From contig NC_069000.1 in NCBI RefSeq assembly GCF_001194135.2, positions 33,708,032 to 33,772,031 of the forward strand: a DNA stretch of 64,000 nt, written 5' to 3'. Below, in pieces: positions 12,367-24,400 of this stretch. Made by a program: the position numbers and the translations under genes. Position 1 is the first letter of the stretch. Each line of letters starts with the position of its first letter. Under the pieces are notes generated by a model. It was not told where the DNA came from. It did not search any database and worked only from the letters and a program-made list of their open reading frames with translations. The stretch is from Octopus bimaculoides. Its lineage: Eukaryota.

Positions 12367-13589
12367 GGTGGATATATGTATGCATGTATATATGTATATA
12401 TGTATATATATATATATGTGTGTACATATTACATCTACATCTATATATATACGTCTACACATATACATGTATACATATACATCTANNNNNNNNNNTGACT
12501 GGTAGCACTTGCATGTGCAAGTTGTTTGCAAGACACATATATATGTATGTATATATATATGTAAATTGTAAATCCAAAAAATAACAACAAAACTACAAAG
12601 GATTCCGCGGTACACGTGTTTCAAGCTTTACATGTGTATAATATAATATAATATAACATGATATAATATGTGTATAATTTACAATATTATATTATGTTAT
12701 ATTATATTATATTATGCACATGTAAAGCTTGAAACACGTGTACCGCGGAATCCTTTGTAGTTTTGTTGTTATTTTTGGGATTTACAATTTATTCTTTCAC
12801 CGCAACCACTAGCTGTAATACACAGGTGCTTACAATTGTTAAGTATTACCTCTAAATTTCAATTTACCTACGTATATATATATATGTATGTATGCCTGTA
12901 TATATGTGAGATAATAGTTTCGCTTTAATAGTTTCTGTATTAAAGTGAAACTATTAAAGTGAAAATATCTGACATTACAATAGAGAGATGTTATTGTTTC
13001 ATTTTTGACACGTAATGCTGAAATAGTGGAGGACATATGATAGTGCTCTGGGCTCGCAGGAGGCAAGAAGTTAAAATTTTTGGGGCCTATGACACTACAT
13101 GGACCCTAAGTAAGGCATGTGTAAAATTTGAATGAAATCGGTTGTGTAGTTCTCAAGTTTTAGGGATTCACACAAACAGACGGACAGACAGACAGATAGA
13201 CAGACAGACAAACATTCTCATCTTTACATATATATATATATGAATAACACTTAATCCAATTAAGAATAAATCATAATTACGTTCAATACTTGATTGGCTC
13301 CAAGAATGCAGAAATTACTTGCTAATTTGTTTCTGCCTTCATTTTCTACCCACGTATTTTTTTTTTTTTTTTTTTTTTACAATATTTGTAATTTATTAGT
13401 AAGAACATCACTTCAAGATGAGAATAGCGCTTTCCAAGTGAGCACATATCACTTCGAAATGAGATTTCAAAGCATATTTCACTTTAAACAAAACTTAAAT
13501 TAATTCAACTCTTAAATGAGTCAATAGAAAAGTCTTTTCTGACACTTTTCTCTCCAGAATTTTTATAGGTGTATGAAACATTTGATTTC

Positions 13590-13805
13590 TAAGGTGGCGA
13601 GCTGGCAGAAACGTTAGCACGCCGGGCGAAATGCTTAGCAGTATTTCGTCTGTCTTTACGTTCTAAGTTCAAATTCCGCCGAGGTCGACTTTTCCTTTCA
13701 TCCTTTCGGGGTCGACAAATTAAGTACCAGTTACGTATTGGGGTCGACCTAATCGACTGTCCCCTCCCCCAAAATTTCGGGTCTTGTGCCTAGAGTAGAA
13801 AAAAA
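13590..13805 (+). mobile_element. SINE family 2 (core GAGGTCGACTTTGCCTTTCATCCTTTCGGGGTCG)
   Basis: The same core recurs at about 16500-16650, 41960-42135, 49520-49765, 56375-56510, 60232-60420, 60445-60583 and 61915-62100. Confidence 0.75.
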
Positions 13806-16800
13806 TATATGTACAGTTGTTTTGTATTCACAATATCAAATGAATTGCATATGGAACACATATACATTGCATATTCTCTCTACAATATAAAATAATTAAA
13901 TTTATCAAATTTAGATCCATTTTTATGTAATCCAGTAAATTTTTAAGATGTGCAAACAAAACAAAATGTAAAACGGCTGTTTTTAAGTCACGGGAAAGCA
14001 GTAATGCAATGAACAATTTCACCTGTATTGATTCCTATAGAATTAGATGTGGATGAATGTCTGATGTCTGGCCTCGTTGCCTGGTTAATGAAAACTTACA
14101 ATTAACGAAGTTAGTTCACGTTGTTGACATTACAAAAGATGTTATGATGTTTTGATATTATGATGTTATGATGTTTTGTTACAGCTACCCAGCGCGCGTC
14201 ACCGAAAGCAGAGTTTGTAATCACTCGTCTACGTCTGTTTGTGTGTTTGCAAAATTACTGGAAAACGGCTGAACGAACTTTTACTAAATTCGGCAGAAAT
14301 ATTCATTGGGTGAGTGACTCGAAATAATGAAAATTCGGTTTGATTATCTTCAAACATATATAAGTACATACATGCTTCTTTTAGTTACTAATTAATGATT
14401 GAATACTAAATCAAATTTACAATTATAATTCTTATAATTGATTAACTTTTTAGTTTGAATGACTGTTTAATTGACTAATATAGTAATGGTTTATATCTTG
14501 CATTTAGGTAGTTTGAATCATTATTTAGCATTTCCATCACAGCAACCTGCGTTTTTTGATAGCTACAATGAAAAAAGTTTGCAGATTCACCAGTCACCGA
14601 TTTTTTTTTTTTTTTTTTTTGCATGATCCAACAAACTAATCCTTATTTACAACTTATTTAATATGTTGGCAATCTAACACTGCTTAATGTCCAGCATCAA
14701 GCTGTAAACACACACCACCTTTCTAGCATAAATCTATTTCTATTAATTTATTCTAATAATTATCTCTACAAAGGTCGTTCTCTACAAAGGTAGTGCCCTG
14801 CCATGAGAGTATGTCTCCACGTTTGCTCATTTTCTAATCTTAGTTACAATTCATTTTTTAATTGTTTAGATTAATACTTGTTCTTATTTTAATTCAATCA
14901 TCAAACATGAAAAATATTTCAAAAATTATTTAACCAAAGTATTAAATAAAATGAAAAATTTTTAATCAAATAAAATTATAATTTATTAATTGTCACTATT
15001 TATTAGTTTAATTGCATTTCCTGGTAAAAAGTGGATTACAATTAAAAATACGGACATATGGAGGTTAATATTCTTAAGTTATTAAACCTGAAAAAGTGCA
15101 GGAGAAGTATATTCATACTTGAAATATTGTAGCTATAATTGAAATTTTAAAATATATTTAGATTTTAAAACTAAAATTAATAGCTTTTATTAGCTACTCT
15201 ATAATAAAAAAATTAACTCAATAATTTAAGGCTAAATGTTAGCAAAACATAAAACATTTTTCAATAGCCCCATTAAAACTGTTTTCTCAATTACAAGTTT
15301 TTAAATACCCCCATACCTGTATGGAGTTGGGTTTACTGAGGAATTTACCTCTCCCGACATTTCATACCATAAGGGCTATGCAGCCCCTCACCAAGAAGTA
15401 TCTTTTTATATGGTATACTCCCCACCCCAAGTAAAAATTTAATTAGGAAGAGAATCCCCTTCTCCGGGAAATATCACTGTACCCTCCTCTAAGCCTCAAC
15501 CTACTATAAAGGTATCAACTGAACTTTCCTTTTTTATATTTCCAATTTTCTCCTAGATAAGTGCAGAATGTCTCTAAATATATGAGGAGGTTCTTCGAAC
15601 ATTAGGTTACTACATGTAGGGCTAAATATGTATAACCTACATATGGTAACCTATATGTGTGTGAGTGTGTGTATCTCTATGTGTCGACCTCGACGGAATT
15701 TGAACTCAGAACGTAGAAATAATGGTATCTATATAGCGAAACATAATTGCTGAGTTGTAACAAGAGAGTAGAAAAAAAGGAAGAAAAGAAGGAGGCGTGC
15801 AGAAGGCTGTGCAGAAAGTCTCGACACACTTTCTAACTTCTTTATTTCTNNNNNNNNNNNNNNNNNNNNNNNNNNNNNNNNNNNNNNNNNNNNNNNNNNN
15901 NNNNNNNNNNNNNNNNNNNNNNNNNNNNNNNNNNNNNNNNNNNNNNNNNNNNNNNNNNNNNNNNNNNNNNNNNNNNNNNNNNNNNNNNNNNNNNNNNNNN
16001 NNNNNNNNNNNNNNNNNNNNNNNNNNNNNNNNNNNNNNNNNNNNNNNNNNNNNNNNNNNNNNNNNNNNNNNNNNNNNNNNNNNNNNNNNNNNNNNNNNNN
16101 NNNNNNNNNNNNGAAAAGGGTGTGTTTGTGTGCATGTGTGTGTATGTGTAGTTTGTGTAAATGTGGGGGGGGGGGCGTTTGTGCCTTTGTGTAGATTAAA
16201 AGACTGAAGAGGTAAACAACTGATATAGGCTTCCGAGATTATGACATTTATATACTGAAAAAAGATTGGTGAATTGTTACAATGGAGTAATTCATAAGAA
16301 ATAAGGAAGTATAAATGTGTGCAGAGACTTTTTGCACGCCTTTCTGCACACCTGCATTCTGTTAAGAAATAAAGAAGTGAGAAAATGTGCGGAGACTTTC
16401 TGCACAGCCTTCTGCACGCCTACTTCATTTCTTCCTTTTTTTCTACTCTCTTGTTACAGCTCAGTAATTATGTTTCACTATATACATACCATTATTTCTA
16501 CGTTCTGAGTTCAAATTCCGCCGAGGTCGACGTTTCCTTTCCTCCTTTCGGGGTCCATAAATTAAGTACTAGTTGCGTACTGGGATCCATCTAATCGACT
16601 GGCCCTCAACCCAAAATGTTCGGGCCTTGTGCCTAGAGTAGAAAAGAATATAGAAAGAGTATAATCAAAATCAATACTAGTTGTTTCTCTATTCATACAT
16701 TCATTCTCCCGTTCTTGGATTAGCTCAATAACAACCGCCTACATCCATTTATTGTTAGGCAACTATAACATCACAACTTTTTGTTAATCGTAGTTCAAGT

Positions 16801-16897
16801 TGATGTTTTTAAGGGTGAGTCAAATTGAGCAATCGTTGTATTTCCCTATTACATTACGTCATTCGACTGAATCCTAACAGAACTCCAAACTTTCTCG

Positions 16898-16944
<47 letters not shown>

Positions 16945-17749
16945 TGGGAGAATTTACGAAAAAAACAACAGACGAGGACAGGTGATGTAAACAACAAAAG
17001 GATGTATTAGTTTAACGCTCGGGAATAGAGAAAGTCTTTAACGTTTCGAGCTACACTCTTCAACAGAAAGAAATAAGGCAAAAAACAAGGAGAAAAAAAC
17101 TTTAAATGTCGTGGTCAGCGATCTATCATGGCCATACATACATATATGTATGTATGTATATATATATGTGCGTGTGTGTTTATGTATTTACACATACATA
17201 CATGCGAACATATAAGCCTTCGACAGAAATAAGAAGGCTTTACTATCCGCGTGGGACTCGAACCCACATCTATTTCTTAACGCGACTAAGTGTGTTACTT
17301 TTACACCAGAGAATTAGTCTCCTCGTTTCTGTCAACTTTAAGAACTGTATTAGTTCGTATTTGTTTTTATGTAAACAAACTTTCTATATGCTTTCGGTGC
17401 GAATGGTTTTTTATACGGCGCTGTGTTTCACATTCCTGTAAATAATAATGATGGTATTTTTATATAAGCTTTAAGTCACGTGAACAAAGGGATATGGGTT
17501 CGAGTCCCACGCGGATAAGAAAGCCTTTTTTCTGTCGAGGCCTTATATGCTCCTTTATTATACTATTTTCCTTAGAGATTGCTAGCTATAAGCTTATATA
17601 AAAATACCATTATTATTATATACATGATTGTAAAATACAGTACCGTATAAAAAATAATTCGCACCGAAATACATGCATACATACATGCGTAAACACACAC
17701 ACACACGTGTGTGTGTGTGTGTGTGTAGTACTGTTTCTATTCATCAAAG

Positions 17750-18430
17750 TGAATGGAGCTTTGGTCATGAAGAACTGACGTCATCAGGTGGTATCCAATA
17801 TTCATCGGGTGTTTCGATCCTGAACCGTAACCCCCAACAGTTGGTGGGTCAGTCCATGTTGCCCAAGTCACTGCTCCTCATTTCGTCCTGGTTTTCAGAT
17901 TTACTCTTCTGTCTTGCTCCAAAGCCAACAAGAGGCTCTTTCGACAGCCTCTCCCGTCCTGCGCACTGCCACCCCTCACTTCTTACCTCTCATCCCCATG
18001 CCGACTGAGCAGGGAATCCCCTACAACCAGCCTCGACTGGGAAAAGTCATACCTGCCATCCCTTTCCCCCACAACCTTGCAGAAGGCTCTCATATTTGGC
18101 AGGCTTCCGTTCATGGGCCTCATCACACCTCTCTTCCCACTGGACTGTGAGTTCAAATATGATAATTTTCTTGACCTTTTCGAACTACAGGACCATATCT
18201 GGCCTCAGGGTTGTATGAACAACCTGGGGAAACTGCAATTTCTCCTCTAACTCCATATTCATATCCCATGGTTGAGATCCATGCAGCAAGTTATGTATTG
18301 TTTTTGCTAACCATACTGATCTCTCTCCCTCTTTCACGAACTTAATGGCTGCTGCTGCCTCCCCGCACCCTGGTGATGATGTTTCGTGTACCTGTCCTGC
18401 TGCAGAATGTGAGCAGCACCCAATCATGTA
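17750..18430 (-). mobile_element. HERO/R2-superfamily non-LTR retrotransposon fragment
   Basis: IKFVKEGE...WDMNMELEEKLQFPQVVHTTLRPDMVL resembles the start of the REL endonuclease of HERO-type elements. Confidence 0.6.
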
Positions 18431-18513
18431 TAATCCGTATTTTATTAGTAGAAGAAAAGAAATTTAATTATATATTAATAAATTAATAATTCTTACTTAT
18501 ATATATATATATG

Positions 18514-18557
<44 letters not shown>

Positions 18558-18566
18558 CATATATAC

Positions 18567-18617
<51 letters not shown>

Positions 18618-18654
18618 CATGTATGTAGTATGTATGTATAGATGGATATATGTG

Positions 18655-18890
18655 GTTCCCTGGCGACGGCTGGAGGCGGTGTCGCTGTTGTTGCTGTTGG
18701 TGGTGATGGTGTTGATGTTTGGGTTGGTTTCTGCTGTTGCTCTACTGGAGGTGCCCTCGGTTCTGGTGTCGGTAGTAGGGTCCGATGCACCTCCTTGCAT
18801 TTCGGGCAGTCGACCTTGACATGCTGATCGTTTCCACAATAATAGCACCTCGGTCTCCTGCCTTCTATAGGTAGAGGCGGTCTACTTCAC
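18655..18890 (-). mobile_element. Retroelement ORF1/gag fragment with CCHC zinc knuckle
   Basis: Minus strand reads [20 protein letters not shown] (CX2CX4HX4C), followed by a Pro/Thr-rich linker. Confidence 0.7.
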
Positions 18891-19089
18891 TGTTTGTGGA
18901 AATTATGAGTGCTTGTTAGTATTTTTCGAGTTTTCACATCAATGGCTCAGATCTCAAGTGTTTAATCAAGTAGCCTAAATGTTGGTATGAGTATTGTCAC
19001 CACAAACACATTGTGGGCCACTGTTTTATTGAATGCAGTCAATATGACTATTGACTGTAATTCAGACTCTCACAACTAGAATCCACTAG

Positions 19090-19600
19090 TTGCAACTCTC
19101 CGAAATCATTCTGCCGATCGGCGTTGTCCTGTGGCGTCCTACTGTTACGTGGTGCGTCTTTGTGTTGCAGTGCTTCTCCTCTGTTCACCGACTTTTTAGT
19201 TGGCTTAAACGAAGGAACAGTGAAATTATGTTTTCTGCGGTGGAAAACGGCGGCCGAAACAGTTGTCATGCTTCAGACAGCTTACAAGGACGGTGCCATA
19301 AGCAAATCACAAGTTTACGCGTCGTTTTCACGATGTAGGAATGTTCACTTGTCGCTTGAAGACCAACCACTTTAGGGCGACCATCGACCTTCTGAACGAA
19401 AGAAAGCATTATGAAAATTCATGAACTGATCTTGGAGAACCGTCACCGAACAGTTGACGGACTTCTTAATGTAACTAGTGTGTCCTGGAGCTCCTGCCGA
19501 GGAATTTTGACTGAAGAATTGCGAATGGAAAGAACTGTAGCAAAATTAGTGCCTCGCTTGCTCAGGGAAGATCAAAAGCAGTCACGACTGAAATATTTCA
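19090..19600 (+). mobile_element. Mariner transposase N-terminal relic
   Basis: KTAAETVVMLQTAYKDGAISKSQVY...LED...GRPS...IHELILENRHRTV...AKLVPRLL matches the mariner HTH and WVPxxL region; has stops. Confidence 0.8.
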
Positions 19601-20878
19601 TACACCTATACAAACCCTGAGGAAAAAAAGGCGGATAAAATACGGAAGAAGATCTGAAGTGGAAGAAGATCTGAAATCTCACTTTGAAGTTACATGTGCC
19701 CACTTGGAAAGCGCTATTCTCATGTTGAAGTTGTGTGCTTTCTAATAAATTAAAAATATTGCACTTGTCGCTCATATATAAAGGAATTTACGAGGGTAGA
19801 AAATGAAGGCAGCAAAAATTGGCAAGTGATTTCTTCATTCTTGGAGCCAATCAAGTATTGAGTATAATTGTTAATTATTCTTAATTGCATTAAGTGTTAT
19901 TCATATCAACTTAAAATAATACGTATTGACTTATATTGTTATATACTATAATTTTAAACTTCATTAATTTTGATTCATATTGTATACAATTGAATCAGAC
20001 CATCAAGAAATAATTTTCAACAATTTCTGCTTTGGAGCGTTAACTATTTTATCAGAAAAGAGATAGTGACAGAGAGTAATGTAGTCTGACGAATATTTTT
20101 TTGTTTTTTAGAAAAGACTGAATGGTTACGGTTGGACCGTCTATTGCCATAAGTTTTCTCAATTTGGGCTGACCATGGATTAAACGTATTATCTTTTATA
20201 TTAAAATTTTCGATATAAATTACACTTGCATAAAATTGAAAGTTGAATCGGGGCGGCAAATTATTTTGTAAAGTGTTTTATTCAAACCGTTATGACTGGA
20301 AATTATAGGTCTGAACCATAAGGTATCTTCATTAGGTGCAATAATGGGTGGGATGGGGAAATAAAAAAATAGAAGTTCGTTTCGCAACCAAGTGGTTTCG
20401 GGTTCAGTCTCATTGTGCGACACTTGTATAGCCCCGGGCCTAGCAATGATTTGTGAGAGAATTTGGTAGACAGAAACTGATTAAAGCCCTTCATGTATCT
20501 ATACCTATAAATCTGTCTAAATCTATGTGTGTGTGTGTGTGTTGCTGTCCTTTTGTTTCTCTGCACACTCCTTCACAACTTGTATTCTTAAACTTAGCGC
20601 TTCACTATAAAAGACCGATAGAATAAGTATCGGACTAAGAAAAATATACCTGGGGTTGATTTGATCGACTAAACCCAGCAAGATACAGCTACAGTCCAAT
20701 GAAAGAAGGAAGTAAAAGAATAAAAGAACAAATCATAAATAGACCGGGAAGTCGTTGAAACTGAAAATATCGCATTTCTATTTGTAGTGGCTTCCATAGA
20801 TTTTCTTTTTACTATATATCCTCTGGCGTTGTCCACTGGTTCATATAGATCTGCCGACTCTTTTCTTGATTAATTACG

Positions 20879-20962
20879 ATGGCGAACATAATAATCCCTG
20901 GACTGCCTTTTTGGACTGCTCCGGAACCGGCTACCGATGAGGTTCAACAAATATGCAATGAC
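20879..20962 (+). CDS. Stefin B exon 1
   Basis: ATG at 20879; ATDEVQQICND matches gene A ATDEIQIMCDK; donor GAC|gtgagt. Confidence 0.83.
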
Positions 20963-21374
20963 GTGAGTTTTTTTTTTTTTTAATTCTATTTTCCTTAATT
21001 TCATTTCATTATAATTTGTCTTGTTTAATTTTCGAAAGTTAGCATTGATAGTGCAAATACGACCACTCCGCCTGCTATTATATGAATTGTTTCTGTTTTT
21101 AGGCTCCAGATTTGCCTGAATATTTTTTTTATCATACCTAATGCACCCACTATAATAGGAATTGCTTCTATTTTTAAACTTCAGATTCAAGTTACCTCTA
21201 TTTCCAGATTTTTGTACTTTGAAAGTTTATCTTCGTTATTATTATTTGCCTGAATATTTTTTATCATACCTCAATGTGTCCACTGTGATAGGAATTGTTT
21301 CTGTTTTTAGACTCGACATTCGAGTTACCTCTATTTCCAGATTTTTGTACTTTGAAAGTTTATCTTTGTTGTTG

Positions 21375-21411
<37 letters not shown>

Positions 21412-24400
21412 GTAGTCTTATTTTTATCACGTGCTTTCACTGCACTATGTCGTGTCTGTGAATATATTTCTTCTTAGCCAGGACTGGACAGCCAGAAACA
21501 ATATGATTTATTGTTTCTTCTCCATCTACACATATTCTGCATTTACTTGTATTTCTTTCCATTACGTATTTTTTTTTATGATTTCAGGTGGGGAAGTCTT
21601 TGATCTTGCGCTGCAATTAAAAATCTTTCAGTCTCTGCTTTGAGTCCTGAGATCTCAATTATTGTTGGGATCTTGCTTTGTCCATTTCTTTTCTGTTTAG
21701 TTTAACCCAGTATTTGCCATGAAAGGGTTTTTCTTACCATAGTTTTATCATGATCCGTTGCTGTTCCAGTTTTAGTTTGGATTTCAGTTGTTTTATAGCT
21801 TTTGTTGTTTCTTCTTTTTCCTCATAGTTGTTAGGTACTATGACTTCTTTTTTGTATTTGTCACCTTGCTTAAAGACTGAAAACATTTATTTGTTTTGTT
21901 CGTATTTTGTGGCTATTTGTATTAATTTTCTTTGTTTCTGAAGTAAGTATTTTTGTAGTCCTATGGTGGTTATTTTGTAATAGTCTTCTAGCTGTATAAG
22001 GCCTCTATCGCCTTCGATACGTTGTATATATAGTCTTTCTCGGTTAGATTTTGGGTGGTGCATCCTAAATCCTGTCATTTTTCTTGTTTTCTTCTCTATA
22101 TTGATTACTTCTTTTACAGTCTTGTTAAGAATATTATAGCTGTAACTCATACCCGGAAGGCTAGTGTGTTGCATTGTATCAATTTCATTGATTCCTAAGT
22201 ACTTGCATGTCTGGCTTTATTCAATTATTCAATTTTGTGACGAGAAAGTAGCATTATATAGGCTTCCAAACGTTGCTGTTTCTGATTTTCATTGAGTTCA
22301 TGTGAAACCCACTTGTCCAACTTTTTCACTTTACCGTGTTTGCTTGCTAACACCAAACAACAACACTTTGAGATAGATCTGGTTCGATGATGGCTTTCAG
22401 TTCGTTATTATCCCCCATTCGTTTCTGGTCGACCGCGTTGCTCATTTGTGAGGACATAGTTACCAGAACGAAATTTTGCAAGCCAAAATGAAACTGACTA
22501 CTGTGTTATAACATTAGAGTGAAATACTACACTAATATTTCGAGCTGTCTGTGATGCTGTATTTCCTAGAAAGAACTCATATTTCAAAACTGTACGAATT
22601 TACGACTTATCCATCTCTAAAGAAAAATAGCAAAAACGATTTATAAATACTTTATGAAGTGCAAAATGAGTTAGAATAAAGAAATAGTTGTGTTAGCTTT
22701 CTAACAAAAAATAAAGATTGTCAAAATATAATAATGATGCAAAATGAGCAGCTGTCAAAGTTTACAACATACCTTACTACAAATTTCATACCTGACGACC
22801 TAATATCATAAATCGAAAGGCATAAATATATACATCACTAAAGTGACTAGTCAGCACCAGAATTGCTAGAAAGAAGAGTTAAAACAACTCATAGTTACGG
22901 GAAGCACTTTATCTTAAGGAACTGACAAGAGAGGCAAGCTCGCGCAGCATCCAAGCATACCCAGATCACAGTGATTTCGTCTTTTTATTAATGCTCCTTA
23001 GTGATTCTCCATCTAACACATTGGTTAAACTCAGCTCGCCTTATCTGTATATAGGATTATCGTAGAAATAATACGCTGATTTCCTAAACGTTTAAAGTGA
23101 AAATTATAAATCGTAAGTGTGGTTCATTAGCAATTTTACAACCGAAATGCAGAAATATATACGTCACTAAAATGACAAAAGACACTAGTGAGCCCCAGCA
23201 TCGTTAGAAATAAGACTAAAACAGCTTATAGCCTTGGGAAAAACTTTCTCTCAATGAACTGACAAGGGAGGTAAGCTCACCAGCGCCCATGCTTCCCAGT
23301 GACTCTCACCTTGTGCCTTAGGTTAAACTCAACTTGCCTAGTCAGTATATAAGATTATTGTAGAAATCACACGCTGATTTCCGGATCGTTGTGGTTATCG
23401 TCACTGCAGGTTGGAATCTTTATAAAACTCTTTTAATGTATCATATGGATGTAATTTTGGAGCTGAATCCGTGTTTGTTATTCATTTATTCCGGGCGTTC
23501 AAAATTTGATAATTTTCAAAATTTTCAGTCAGTCAAAAAAGAGCGCGTTCGCTGTCTCTTCCATCATCAAGGGGAGAGGGTCATCGGCATGTCAAAACAA
23601 ACTAGATACAGTAAACAGTAAAAAGTGTTAAAACATACGCGAGCAAATTACATATTTAAAAGCTACGAAGAAACCAACAGGAGTGGCTAGAAATAACAGT
23701 CAAAAAAATTCCTGAAAACAGACAATTATTAGTTTAAAAAATTCAAGAACAAAAGTTTGCAATACATTCTAGGATTTTATAAAATAAATTATCTTTCTAA
23801 TATCTCCTTCTTCACATAAATTCACAAAGAGTCAACAATGGAAGGGTTGAATTCCTTCTGTTATGAAAACAAACAATTATAGAACACGTGGTGGTTACAC
23901 TCCTTGTGCGCATGCGCAGTTTATTTGGTTACTATGGAAACAGAGTTCTTCGCAATCAGCTATGGAGCACATGGTGCTTCTTTGCTTTGGGTACGGTGGA
24001 AACAGCTCCTCGCCACGGTGTATAAAATACTCGCTTCTGCCTGGCTAAAATAACCAAATTTTGCGAATTTCTGATTATGGATTTATAGGATAAAATTAGT
24101 TTCATTTTCATAATTAGTATGCAAAACTTAATCCATATACCAATTTTGAAAACGATTGGAGTAAAATTGTAGACCGTGACGGAAACCACAAAGATCCTGA
24201 TTTCTTGGGTTGTTTATTAACAATTTTACAACTGAAATGCAGAGATATATACGTCACTAGTCAGCACCAGTATGGCTAAAAATAACAGTTAAAACAACTC
24301 GTAGTCGCGAGAAGCACTTTATCTTAATGAACTGACAAGAGAGGCAAGCTCATGCAGCACCTAGACATAGCTAGATCACAATGATTTCGCATTTTTATTA

